A stretch of 64,000 bases of DNA from an uncultured Candidatus Saccharibacteria bacterium. Lineage in GTDB: Bacteria > Patescibacteriota > Minisyncoccia > Phycocordibacterales > UBA9973. How positions within the stretch are numbered: position 1 is the first letter of the stretch; each line of letters begins with the position of its first letter. A model generated the notes under the pieces. The model was not told the origin of the DNA. It made no database searches and saw only the letters and a program-made list of their open reading frames with translations. The translations under genes were made by a program, and so were the position numbers. Below are positions 1 to 8,426 of the stretch, one piece after another. Location of the stretch: contig CAZGNC010000001.1 of the NCBI GenBank assembly GCA_964527235.1, positions 170,344 through 234,343 of the forward strand. Direction: 5' to 3'.

Positions 1-608
1 GTGCTCACATTGAACAAGGCTTAACTGGTGTTGCCAATAAGCTTTCCGTCGAAAAAGAAAAATTAGGACAAGAACGCCACGTGGATTCTTTGACCGGACT
101 TTCTAACGACGTAAAGCCCACACTCGATAGATTAATTAAAGAATTAAGTTTCTCTAAAACAGGGGAAGGCCAACGCCCCTCAAGGCTAGCTGCTGTTATG
201 GTTGTAGCTATGGACTTGAATCGTTTTAAAGAGCTAAACGATACACACGGCCACCAAGCCGGGGATAATGCTCTTGTATTATTTGCTGACAGGGTAAGGT
301 CTTCAACAAGAGAAGGGCATGATATGGTATTTAGGTCCAACAAAAAAGGAGATGAATTTTTAGTAGTTTTACCGATCGAGACAGATCAAGACATCGATCT
401 TCAAAGCTTAGAAGCACTTTTTCAAAAATTAAAACGTGAAATCAATTCTGGGCTTTTCCTTGAGATAGATGACAAGACAACATTTGATTTTTCTGCTGCT
501 ATGGGATATTCAGTTCTTACAAGAAGTGGCCGAGAAAAATCAGTAGAAGACCTACTAGTAAAGGCTGATGAGGAGATGTATAAAGATAAAAGATCATCTA
601 AAAAATAA
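1..608 (+). CDS. GGDEF-domain protein (diguanylate cyclase-like), 5'-partial; signature reads KKGDEF rather than GG(D/E)EF
   Basis: Reading frame is open from the window start; motifs DLNRFKELNDTHGHQAGDNAL and RSNKKGDEFLVVLP match the GGDEF fold; a GTG at 81 is only an internal start. Confidence 0.6.
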   Translation, partial: AHIEQGLTGVANKLSVEKEKLGQERHVDSLTGLSNDVKPTLDRLIKELSFSKTGEGQRPSRLAAVMVVAMDLNRFKELNDTHGHQAGDNALVLFADRVRSSTREGHDMVFRSNKKGDEFLVVLPIETDQDIDLQSLEALFQKLKREINSGLFLEIDDKTTFDFSAAMGYSVLTRSGREKSVEDLLVKADEEMYKDKRSSKK

Positions 609-646
609 ACCTTTTATTTTATTAAATATTGTGATATAAATATACC

Positions 647-886
647 GTGGATCCACAATCCAAAAAGTTATTAGAGGACACTTATGCTCTTGTAGAAGAG
701 AATAATAAGATATTGCAGGGTCTACGTCGCCACATGCGAACTCAGCGTGTGATTAGTGTGATTTACTGGGTATTCATCATAGGTTCTGCAGTTGGCGCGT
801 ATTACTTTATACAGCCTTATGTGGACCACTTGATAACACTGTACAAGAACGCTGGTGACGTACTAAAAAACTTGAAACCTTTATAG
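647..886 (+). CDS. small hypothetical membrane protein (79 aa, one TM helix)
   Basis: ORF with host-like AT-rich composition; hydrophobic segment VISVIYWVFIIGSAVGAYYFI; no recognisable family. Confidence 0.35.
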   Translation: MDPQSKKLLEDTYALVEENNKILQGLRRHMRTQRVISVIYWVFIIGSAVGAYYFIQPYVDHLITLYKNAGDVLKNLKPL

Positions 887-908
887 ATTTCTGTTTAAAT
901 ATAAATTC

Positions 909-981
909 GCTCAGGTAGCTCAGTTGGTAGAGCATTCCCCTGAAGAGGGAAGGGTCCCCAGTTCGATCCTGGGCCTGAGCA
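909..981 (+). tRNA. tRNA-Phe (anticodon GAA)
   Basis: Cloverleaf folds by hand: acceptor GCTCAGG/CCTGAGC, D-arm AGTTGGTA, anticodon loop CTGAAGA, T-loop TTCGATC. Confidence 0.85.
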
Positions 982-992
982 CATCGATATAA

Positions 993-1469
993 CTAGATAG
1001 ACTTTACCTTAATGGTATTCTTTTTCCCTTTGTCTACTTTCTGAAGTCGTATAGTTAGAAGTCCGTGTCTTTCTGTAGCTTCTGCTTCCTCGGGTTCTAC
1101 TTCTTGAGGTAGGAGTATAGTGCGAGAGAATTTGCCCCAGTAGAGTTCTTGGGTAAAGTAGTTGTCTTCATCGATATTTTTATTCTCATCTCTTTTGCCG
1201 TGTATAGTTATTACGTCTCTAGCGATACTAAGATCCAAGTCCTCAGGTTTTACTCCTGCTACCATGGTTTGTATGACTATATCAGTTGGAGTTTGATATA
1301 CATCCACAGCAAGCTCAGCTTCATTTGATTCTTCTTCCATCCAAGCGCCCTTGTCTTTCTTCTCTCCTTTAACTGGAAGCTTGATAGACTCTTCTTCGGT
1401 GTTGTCATCGTCATTTATACTACCTGTGATTCTTCCCCAAAACCCCATTTTTTTATTTTGTGAACTCAT
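993..1469 (-). CDS. Hsp20/alpha-crystallin family small heat shock protein
   Basis: 158 aa; alpha-crystallin domain pattern (DVYQT..., GLLTIRLQK) with acidic N-terminal tail. Confidence 0.75.
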   Translation of the reverse strand: MSSQNKKMGFWGRITGSINDDDNTEEESIKLPVKGEKKDKGAWMEEESNEAELAVDVYQTPTDIVIQTMVAGVKPEDLDLSIARDVITIHGKRDENKNIDEDNYFTQELYWGKFSRTILLPQEVEPEEAEATERHGLLTIRLQKVDKGKKNTIKVKSI

Positions 1470-1492
1470 ATTTTTTAAAATTATTCTTTTAA

Positions 1493-2176
1493 TTAAGTCA
1501 TTCTTCTTAGTTTTTCAAAAAGTAGCATGATGATTATGGTGACTACCCATAAAAAACTGAACACTCTCAAAAAGTCATTACCGTTGTCTCTAATTATAAA
1601 AAAATTAAACGCACTATGCAAGGCGATTGCTATTATAAGTCCCATTAACAGGTAGAATTTTTGCTTCCAAGCTCCAAGATGAAACGAAAGTCCTAGCATC
1701 ATTCCAACCATACCACTAGCAACAGTGTGTAGTAGTGTTGAACCCAAGAATCTAAGCTGTCCTGTGAGTAGTCCTACTGTTGTTTGGTTGGTTGCAAATG
1801 GTTCTCGTAGGAATAGTGCATTTTCTAGTGCTGCAAAGCCAAGTGCTGAGGTGATCATATATATAGGCCAGTCGATAGGTTCGTCTATCTGGGAAGTACC
1901 TAAAAGTATTATTAATACGGCTATGTATTTTATTACCTCTTCGGCGCTAGCCCACAGTACAAGCTGGACAGATTCAGAAACAAATAGCTCTCTTATGAGC
2001 TTCTGAATTGGCAAGACGAACATCACTGTTATCATACCCATGATAAACACGATAGCGAGGAGGCCTCTAGGTTCAGGTCGTTTCTTGTCTTCTTTTAGCC
2101 AAAACCACAACCACAAAAATGATGGAATTATTCCCGCGACTAAAGATATGGCTAAAACTTCTGGGTCGTTAATCAT
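1493..2176 (-). CDS. PrsW-family intramembrane metalloprotease
   Basis: 227-aa polytopic membrane protein with PrsW signature motifs EEvxK (AEEVIKY), FxxxE (FAALENALF) and HxxxN (HSAFNF). Confidence 0.6.
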   Translation of the reverse strand: MINDPEVLAISLVAGIIPSFLWLWFWLKEDKKRPEPRGLLAIVFIMGMITVMFVLPIQKLIRELFVSESVQLVLWASAEEVIKYIAVLIILLGTSQIDEPIDWPIYMITSALGFAALENALFLREPFATNQTTVGLLTGQLRFLGSTLLHTVASGMVGMMLGLSFHLGAWKQKFYLLMGLIIAIALHSAFNFFIIRDNGNDFLRVFSFLWVVTIIIMLLFEKLRRMT

Positions 2177-4312
2177 TTAAAATTTAGGCCATTTCTCTAT
2201 TATTAATAAATTTTTCCTGTTAGGTATCATTGACCAGATTTCTTCTGTTACAAATGGCATAAAGGGATGCAGAACTGTAAGTAGGGTAGTCAGATGAGAA
2301 AAGAGCAGGGTCTTTGCAGAATCCGCATTTTTGCCTTCTATTATTTTTTTCTTCGACCTCTCTATTATAACATCTGCGAAGGTGTGCCAGAAATAATGAT
2401 ATGTTTTCTCAGCAACAATATAGAATTTGAATTCATCCATCTCTTTGGTTATTTCCTCGACGAAATTTCTTAATTCTTCGTCTGACTTAGCATCTTCTTC
2501 ATCATAAGTTGCAGGAGTGAAGTCTTTGGTTTGTTCTAGGACGAAACGCGTCGCATTCCAGATTTTATTTGCGAATTTTCCATAGCCTCTAATTCTATCT
2601 TCGGCGAGTGCTAGTGATGTGCCAGGAGTGTTGCCTACAACCATCCCGAGGCGGAAGGCGTCGGTGCCGTATTTCTCAGTGAGAACTATCGGGTCTATCA
2701 CGTTACCTTTACTCTTGCTCATCTTTTGTCCTTTAGCATCGAGCACCATGCCATGTAGGTATACGTTTTTAAAAGGAATCTCGCCAGTTACATATAGCCC
2801 GAGCATTATCATGCGAGATACCCAAAAGAATATGATATCTCCTGCTGTCTCCATGACGTCGGTTGAGTAGAATGTCTTGAAGTCTTTAGAGTCTGGGTAG
2901 CCTAGGGTTGCAAACGGCCACTGGCCCGAAGAGAACCATGTGTCGAATGTGTCTTGGTCTTTTACCACGTCGCCTCCGCATTTAGCGCAGGAAGATATTT
3001 TATTTTCTAGATCTGCCATGCCGTGTCCGCATTTGGTGCAGAGTTTAGCTGGTATTGGGATACCCCAGACTATTTGTCTCGAGATATTCCAGTCCATTAT
3101 GTTTTCTAACCAATAAGTAGTTATTTTCTTGAAATGTTCTGGGATGTATTTTATTTCTTCTGCCTGTATTTTCGCTAAAGCTTTCTCGGCGAGGGGCTTC
3201 ATTTTGACGAACCACTGATTTTTAATCTGAGGCTCTATGATAGTGCCACACTTGTAGCATGTTCTGACTACGTGTTTGTAATCCTCTTCTATTTTTTCTA
3301 CCAAGCCTTTTGCCTGCAGTTTCTCTATTATCAATGGTCGAGCTTTCTTGATGTGTAGTCCTGCGAATTCTCCAGCGATAGGTAAGAGCTTGCCGTTCTC
3401 GTCTATTATTTGTTCTTTCTCTAGGTTGTGTCTTTCTGCGATATCAAAGTCAGCATTGTCGTGCCAAGGAGTGATAGTCATCACTCCTGTACCGAATTCC
3501 ATCTCAACACATTCGTCTTTTATAACTGTTGCGGTTAGTGGGCCGTTGATCCATTCTAGTTCTATTTTCTGTCCATCGGTGTATTCTTTATAGCGTTCGT
3601 CTTTAGGATGCATGACTACGTACTTGTCGCCGAATTTTGTCTCAGGTCGGGAGGTTGCAATAGTGAATGGCCCGTATTTTAGATAATAAAGACTTTCTAC
3701 GCGTTCTTCGTCTTTGATTTCTAGGTCAGAGAAAGAAGTCTGATGTTTCGAACACCAAGATACAATTCTGTTGCCTCGATAAATGAGGTCGTCTTTGTAC
3801 ATGCGGTCGAAAGTTTGGTGCACGGTTTTAACTATGTCCTGGTCTAGGGTAAATTTCTCTCGAGACCAATCGCAAGATGCTCCCATTTTTCTAATCTGGG
3901 ATTTTATGTGAGTGGAGTTGGTGAGAGTGAAGTCTAGAATTTCTTTATAAAGTTCGTCTCTGTCCATGCCGAATCTTGTGCGACCTTCTTTCTCTAATTT
4001 CTTTTCGTAAACTACTTGAGTCTCGAATCCTGCATGGTCGAGTCCTGGGAGCCAGAGAGTTTTAAATCCCTGCATTCTTTTATATCGGACCATTATGTCT
4101 TCTATAGTCATCACCAGCCCGTGTCCTGCGTGGAGTGAGCCGTTGGCGTTTACCGGAGGCATAATCATAGTGAAAGTTTCTTTTCTCTCGCCGGGTAGTG
4201 TGTCAGGATTAAAAAAACCGCTCTCTTCCCAGAGCTTGTATATTTTCTCTTCAGTTGCTTTCGGGTCGTAAGGTTTCAGTAACTTCTCATCCATACACCC
4301 CAATAATATCAC
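2177..4312 (-). CDS. valS: valine--tRNA ligase (class I aminoacyl-tRNA synthetase)
   Basis: 711 aa; HIGH-like NANGSLHAGHG and KMSKS (KMSKSKGNV) motifs; editing-domain-like insert; abuts the PrsW gene on the same strand. Confidence 0.7.
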   Translation of the reverse strand: MILLGCMDEKLLKPYDPKATEEKIYKLWEESGFFNPDTLPGERKETFTMIMPPVNANGSLHAGHGLVMTIEDIMVRYKRMQGFKTLWLPGLDHAGFETQVVYEKKLEKEGRTRFGMDRDELYKEILDFTLTNSTHIKSQIRKMGASCDWSREKFTLDQDIVKTVHQTFDRMYKDDLIYRGNRIVSWCSKHQTSFSDLEIKDEERVESLYYLKYGPFTIATSRPETKFGDKYVVMHPKDERYKEYTDGQKIELEWINGPLTATVIKDECVEMEFGTGVMTITPWHDNADFDIAERHNLEKEQIIDENGKLLPIAGEFAGLHIKKARPLIIEKLQAKGLVEKIEEDYKHVVRTCYKCGTIIEPQIKNQWFVKMKPLAEKALAKIQAEEIKYIPEHFKKITTYWLENIMDWNISRQIVWGIPIPAKLCTKCGHGMADLENKISSCAKCGGDVVKDQDTFDTWFSSGQWPFATLGYPDSKDFKTFYSTDVMETAGDIIFFWVSRMIMLGLYVTGEIPFKNVYLHGMVLDAKGQKMSKSKGNVIDPIVLTEKYGTDAFRLGMVVGNTPGTSLALAEDRIRGYGKFANKIWNATRFVLEQTKDFTPATYDEEDAKSDEELRNFVEEITKEMDEFKFYIVAEKTYHYFWHTFADVIIERSKKKIIEGKNADSAKTLLFSHLTTLLTVLHPFMPFVTEEIWSMIPNRKNLLIIEKWPKF

Positions 4313-4328
4313 AAAAAATAAGTGTTTT

Positions 4329-5456
4329 CTAGCCGAGTTTCAGGTCGCCTTGGGCTTTAAGCTTTGAGGGTTTTATGATGTTTTTCTTGTTTTGGCTGTA
4401 TCTCAAGTACCCGACCATGCCAATCATTATAGAGTTGTCGCGGGAGAGTTCTTTGGTGGGTATTAGTAGGCTTTTGCCTTTAGTTATTTTCTTGAGCTCT
4501 CTTTTTAAATGCTTATTCGCCGAGACTCCACCTCCGACTATAAGAGTTTCTGCCTTGTACTCGTCGATTGCTTTCTTGGTTTTGTAAACTAGTGTTTCTA
4601 CTACCGCATTTTCGAATTCCATTGCAACTTTAGATTTATCTACACTTGGGTTATCTTTTAGAAAATACAGTACAGCCGTCTTGAGCCCAGAGAAAGAAAA
4701 GTCCAAGTTTTTACTTTTTAGCATTGGGCGGGGAAAAGTAAAAGAAAAATCTTGCGTTTCAAGAGTACGGATATTTTTCTGCTGAAAAATTCCTCGTGCT
4801 CGCGCCGTCGCGCTCCCAAGTCTCTTGAAACGCAAGATTTTTCTCTGAGATTCAGCTAGACGTGAAATATGTGCTCCGCCTGGGTAGGGTAGTCCCAACA
4901 TGCGTGCCACCTTGTCATAGGCTTCACCCGCAGCGTCGTCTAGGGTCTTGCCTATGATTTTGTGTTTTAGGTTTTTCTCAGTGAGTACGAGCTCTGTGTG
5001 GCCTCCAGATACAAGCAGAGAAAGAACAGGGAGCTTCATCTTGTTGATAGTGAAGGAGCCTTTATTTTTGCCAAAAACTGAGAAGATGTGACCTTCCATA
5101 TGGTTGACTGGGATTATCGGGACACCCCACTTCTTCGAAAGTTCTTGAGCGAACACTATACCGGTCCAGAGTGCGGGCTCGAGACCTGGGCCATAAGTCA
5201 CAGCTATTAGATCAACTGGTTTAGATTTTTTGTTCAGCTTGCTTTGTTTGAGAACTTTTTCGAGAAGTATCGGTAGATTCTTCGTATGTTCCTTTTTAGC
5301 CAAAGCAGGGAAGACTCCACCGTACTCTGCGTGGATTGTTTGAGACGCTAGTGAGTCGGCAAGAACTTTATAAGAAGGCTTCGTGAGCCCACCCTTTGCT
5401 TCTAGTATTGTTATGCCTGTATCATCACAGGAGGTTTCTATTGAAAGTATTTTCAT
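4329..5456 (-). CDS. tsaD: tRNA N6-adenosine threonylcarbamoyltransferase TsaD (Kae1/Gcp), carrying a ~33-aa in-frame insertion
   Basis: 375 aa; Kae1/TsaD motifs HMEGH, GGVSANK and DFSFSGLKTAV; extra segment between ISRLA and FPRPM coincides with the palindromic element at 4745-4842. Confidence 0.85.
   Translation of the reverse strand: MKILSIETSCDDTGITILEAKGGLTKPSYKVLADSLASQTIHAEYGGVFPALAKKEHTKNLPILLEKVLKQSKLNKKSKPVDLIAVTYGPGLEPALWTGIVFAQELSKKWGVPIIPVNHMEGHIFSVFGKNKGSFTINKMKLPVLSLLVSGGHTELVLTEKNLKHKIIGKTLDDAAGEAYDKVARMLGLPYPGGAHISRLAESQRKILRFKRLGSATARARGIFQQKNIRTLETQDFSFTFPRPMLKSKNLDFSFSGLKTAVLYFLKDNPSVDKSKVAMEFENAVVETLVYKTKKAIDEYKAETLIVGGGVSANKHLKRELKKITKGKSLLIPTKELSRDNSIMIGMVGYLRYSQNKKNIIKPSKLKAQGDLKLG
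4745..4842. repeat. ~98-bp palindromic element, copy A, in-frame inside tsaD; perfect 21-bp terminal inverted repeats flank a ~58-bp conserved core
   Basis: IRs aaaaatcttgcgtttcaagag (4745-4765) / ctcttgaaacgcaagattttt (4822-4842); core acggatatttttctgctgaaaaattcctcgtgctcgcgccgtcgcgctcccaagtctc recurs near 48289. Confidence 0.6.
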
Positions 5457-5458
5457 TG

Positions 5459-5531
5459 TGGGCGATACAGGATTCGAACCTGTGGCCTACCCCACGTCAA
5501 GGGGTCGCTCTACCAACTGAGCTAACCGCCC
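5459..5531 (-). tRNA. tRNA-Val (anticodon GAC)
   Basis: Reverse complement folds as a cloverleaf: acceptor GGGCGGT/ATCGCCC, anticodon loop TTGACGT, T-loop TTCGAAT. Confidence 0.85.
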
Positions 5532-5561
5532 GGTTATTAAATGATATTACATTTTTTAGAA

Positions 5562-6305
5562 TTATCTGGCAAATTTCTCTAGTGTTTCTAGCTCTTCTTT
5601 TGTGTTAGCGCCGAGGGCTTCATGAGGTTTGATTTTAACTGTTTCTATTTTTTCACGATTTTCGAACGCGATATGAAATAGGTCAGTGAGGTAGTATTCT
5701 TTCTGAGAATTTTCGTTTTTGATTTTACCTAGATTGTGCCATAGCCACTTCGCATCGAAAATATAGCATCCTGTATTTACCTCTTTAATATTTTTCTCTT
5801 CTTCGCTAGCGTCTTTGTATTCACGGATGCCGACGACTTCGCCATCTTCGCGTAGAATTCTGCCGTAGGCCATGAAAGCCTTTCTCCAGTCGAAGAAGTC
5901 AGGTAAGTCTGTGGTAGTGAAAGTTATTTTTGCGCGTGATCGGATGTGCTTGTCGATTAAATTCTTTATTGTATTAAGTTCTATGAAAGGCTGATCCCCA
6001 GAGAGCACCACTATGTGTTCAGCATCTTTGCATTCTTCTTTCGCACAAGATACTGCATGCCCTGTGCCGAGGAGCTCTTTCTGCACAGCGTAGACGCATA
6101 GATCTCCGAGCTCGCCCTGAACTAGCTCCTTTTTATGCCCGACTATGGCTATAGGCTTATCATTGAAGACCCCTACCAACGGCTCTAGTACGTGCCTAAT
6201 CATAGGCTTGCCAGCAAGTGGCATAAGTACTTTCGGCAGGTCGCTACCCATTCTTTTACCTTGCCCTGCGGCCAATATAACTATTTTTATTCCTTCGTTT
6301 TCCAT
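5562..6305 (-). CDS. sugar-1-phosphate nucleotidyltransferase (GlmU N-terminal uridyltransferase-like domain only)
   Basis: 247 aa; N-terminus VILAAGQGKRMGSDLPKVLMPLAGKPMI matches the pyrophosphorylase P-loop of GlmU/RmlA-type enzymes; no acetyltransferase LbH domain. Confidence 0.65.
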   Translation of the reverse strand: MENEGIKIVILAAGQGKRMGSDLPKVLMPLAGKPMIRHVLEPLVGVFNDKPIAIVGHKKELVQGELGDLCVYAVQKELLGTGHAVSCAKEECKDAEHIVVLSGDQPFIELNTIKNLIDKHIRSRAKITFTTTDLPDFFDWRKAFMAYGRILREDGEVVGIREYKDASEEEKNIKEVNTGCYIFDAKWLWHNLGKIKNENSQKEYYLTDLFHIAFENREKIETVKIKPHEALGANTKEELETLEKFAR

Positions 6306-6327
6306 GTCACGAAATTATACATTAAGT

Positions 6328-6909
6328 TTAACGTTTTTCAATTTCTTTTAAAATTTTAGGTATCTTCTTAAAGTCTGTTATTAGCGTCTCACGCATACCG
6401 CCGTTGTATAGCGCTGCTGCGGGGTGATAGAGTGCGAAGAAATATTTGGTAGGCATTCCTGCGAATTGTTTGATTAGGAGTTTGCCATGAGCTTGAGAAA
6501 TTTGTTCAGCAGGGAAGAAGTTGTTCATTGCGTGTCGTCCTAGGAATACTATAAGCTTGGGTTCTATCATCTTCAGTTCTTCTAGAAGCCATTCTCGACA
6601 ATCAGTCTTTTCTTGGGGTAATGGATCGCGATTATTTGGAGGGCGGTATTTTACTATGTTGGTGATGTATATATCTTCACGTTTTAATTTTATTTCTGCG
6701 AGCATTTCTCCCAAGAATTTCCCCGCAGCGCCGACGAAGGGTATACCTTTCTCATCTTCGTTTCGGCCAGGTGCTTCACCGATGAAAACAATTTCAGCCT
6801 CGGCACTACCATCTCCGGGGACTGCTTGCTTGGCAGTTTTCCTAAGTTCGCATTTGCATTCTGCAATCCATTTCTGATTTAGTTGATCGAGTTTTTCTTT
6901 TTTAGTCAC
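6328..6909 (-). CDS. uracil-DNA glycosylase, family 4; probable GTG start, leaderless
   Basis: Motifs ECKCEL (Fe-S Cys pair), GEAPG and HPAAALY; the upstream 90 codons of the 291-aa track ORF are read-through into the GC-rich island; TATAAT sits 7 nt upstream of the GTG. Confidence 0.65.
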   Translation of the reverse strand: MTKKEKLDQLNQKWIAECKCELRKTAKQAVPGDGSAEAEIVFIGEAPGRNEDEKGIPFVGAAGKFLGEMLAEIKLKREDIYITNIVKYRPPNNRDPLPQEKTDCREWLLEELKMIEPKLIVFLGRHAMNNFFPAEQISQAHGKLLIKQFAGMPTKYFFALYHPAAALYNGGMRETLITDFKKIPKILKEIEKR

Positions 6910-6947
6910 GTGATAAATTATACCAATTTCTGTATATAAAAGACGTA

Positions 6948-6976
6948 GCCCCGCGGTAGCAGGGCTACGCGCGGGG
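6948..6976 (-). terminator. GC-rich hairpin plus T-run on the minus strand (terminator of the 56-aa island gene)
   Basis: gccccgcggtagc-agg-gctacgcgcgggg followed on the minus strand by cgtctttta. Confidence 0.45.
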
Positions 6977-6988
6977 CTGGTGATCAGA

Positions 6989-7159
6989 TCAACGCCAGTG
7001 TGCCTGGCCGTTGTAGCCACGGCGTTCGAGCGCGCGGCCTTCGTCTGGGGGCATCTTGAATGCGCCGAGGCTGGTGTAGGCGGTTGCCACTTCAGGTCGT
7101 GGCTGTTCGCCTGGGATGGTTGGCACGACCTTGTTTTCGGATGTGGTGCTGTCGGACAT
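6989..7159 (-). CDS. hypothetical small protein (56 aa) in GC-rich island 1
   Basis: SD GGAGGA 6 nt upstream of ATG; TTGACA-N18-CATAAT promoter upstream; hairpin terminator downstream; no family recognised (MSDSTTSENKVVPTIPGEQPRPEV...). Confidence 0.4.
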   Translation of the reverse strand: MSDSTTSENKVVPTIPGEQPRPEVATAYTSLGAFKMPPDEGRALERRGYNGQAHWR

Positions 7160-7202
7160 TGTGATCCTCCATGGGGAACGGGGTGGGGGTGTTCTGTGCT
7201 CA

Positions 7203-7262
7203 ATTATGCATATATAAGTACATATTGTCAAAGCTTGCCAAGTGGCGAAAAGAGTGTATAAA
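7203..7262. promoter_or_regulatory. divergent promoter region of island 1 (minus: TTGACA-N18-CATAAT; plus: TTGCCA-N16-TATAAA)
   Basis: AT-rich 60-bp gap between two divergent GC-rich ORFs; overlapping -35 elements tgtcaa/ttgcca. Confidence 0.35.
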
Positions 7263-7308
7263 TAAAAAAGGCGCAGGTGGGGTTCACTCTGACTTAGGAG
7301 GCGATTTC

Positions 7309-7617
7309 ATGTATGTATTGCTGAGGCAACCAGCGTTCGCGTTGGTGCAACACCCGAAGGGTATCGGGGATCCTGAAACTGCGAGGATCATCGAGTTCTT
7401 TCAGGCTCACCCGGGCGTAATGGTGATCCTGGTCAGGATCGGGTCTGTTCAGGAGAAAGAGCTTCGGAGTGTTTCTGAACAGACAGGCAAAGGGACGTTG
7501 GTTGTCGTACTCGAGTACAGTATGATTGGCAAGTCTCAGTACGTGACTAGCGCAATCAACCCAAGTGACGAAGTCCTCGCACAATACCTCCGAGACTATT
7601 TCGAGGGTGGGATGTAG
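7309..7617 (+). CDS. hypothetical protein (103 aa) in GC-rich island 1
   Basis: SD TAGGAGG 7 nt upstream of ATG; internal start of the 148-aa track ORF; MYVLLRQPAFALVQHPKGIGDPETARIIEFF...; no family recognised. Confidence 0.45.
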   Translation: MYVLLRQPAFALVQHPKGIGDPETARIIEFFQAHPGVMVILVRIGSVQEKELRSVSEQTGKGTLVVVLEYSMIGKSQYVTSAINPSDEVLAQYLRDYFEGGM

Positions 7618-8054
7618 TCTGGGCTTCTGCGTACCTCCCGTCGTCGAAGTAAGACGGCGGGAGGGGAAGGGAATGGTTCTTTTGTAAAAGTTAAATAGTG
7701 TGTTATCGCGGCCTCGGGAATTTATTCTCGGGGTTTTTTGGTGGAAAAATTTTGTACGCTGTTTGTGTGGTCTGGAAACAATCAAAAAGCGCCACTCCGA
7801 GGAGCGGCGCCGTACGACCGTTTGAAGGCTGGTCGTCTTACCTTTGCGCGAGCTTGTCAGCGCCATCGCCCGGTGAGGTATGGGAGACTCATACCCAGCA
7901 ACCGACCATAGGAGTAGTAGTAGTCGTGGGCATATTCCACCTCGCGGTTGCCCCTGACTTGCCAACTACGCAATGTGACAATCATTGTTACTTCCCACAC
8001 CACTATCATTCTTGCCTCCGGGTAGGGGGGGGTGAGTGAGAGTTCGCTACTGGC

Positions 8055-8252
8055 TCATTGAGCGATGAGGCCCCACAGACGAGTCAGAGCGAAATAGAAG
8101 ATACCAACCACCACGACAATGATGAGCAGTACTGCTAAACCCGCAGTCATGTCTTTGGCGGCCCTCTCGGCATCTTCTCCACAGAACCCCAGCATGCCGG
8201 GAATAAGTAAGGCGGGACATCCCGCCATCGCGAAAACCCAGAACCAGTACAT
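8055..8252 (-). CDS. small membrane protein (65 aa, two hydrophobic helices) in GC-rich island 1
   Basis: SD GGAGGG 4 nt upstream of ATG (MYWFWVFAMAGCPALL...LAVLLIIVVVVGIFYFAL); TTGACT-N17-CAATAT promoter at ~8290-8330. Confidence 0.45.
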   Translation of the reverse strand: MYWFWVFAMAGCPALLIPGMLGFCGEDAERAAKDMTAGLAVLLIIVVVVGIFYFALTRLWGLIAQ

Positions 8253-8381
8253 TAGCCCTCCAGGTAGATTAGTGGGATTGGGATGCACTACAATCTAGTT
8301 CATATATTGTCACATTTATACATAAAAGTCAAGTTAAACGAAACTGCAGGGGGCGCGAGAAAGCTTGCGGGGATTTGCATG

Positions 8382-8426
8382 CTTCGTACGCTGAGTTTAC
8401 GTGGGCCACAAAAGCCCTACAGAGAA
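8382..8426. repeat. partial third copy of the tRNA-Glu-associated conserved block, fused to a 12-nt tRNA-Glu 3'-end-like fragment
   Basis: cttcgtacgctgagtttacgtgggccacaa matches copies at 8970 and 30749 with 4 mismatches; ccctacagagaa matches the tRNA-Glu 3' region at 30913-30924. Confidence 0.4.

Noticed and set aside
5-343. 112-aa minus-strand ORF at the left edge, along with other antisense ORFs inside host genes such as 1725-2006, 2619-2870, 12389-12703, 13770-14261, 20005-20484, 21488-21988, 24138-24497, 53813-54061 and 55116-55613
   Set aside because: They are embedded antisense or out of frame within strongly supported conserved genes and lack SD or promoter signals.
7634-7684. Putative intrinsic terminator after the 103-aa island-1 gene
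   Set aside because: A 12-bp stem is present, but the T-run is displaced ~13 nt from the stem base. That does not convincingly make an intrinsic terminator.
7294-7965. 223-aa minus-strand ORF, and likewise 9264-9746 plus, 9701-10029 minus, 10142-10703 minus, 32178-32759 plus, 32567-32908 minus and 34329-34736 plus
   Set aside because: All lie antisense to or out of frame with better-supported GC-rich genes. Their products are Arg/Ser/Pro-rich with no SD. This is the typical signature of spurious long ORFs in high-GC DNA.
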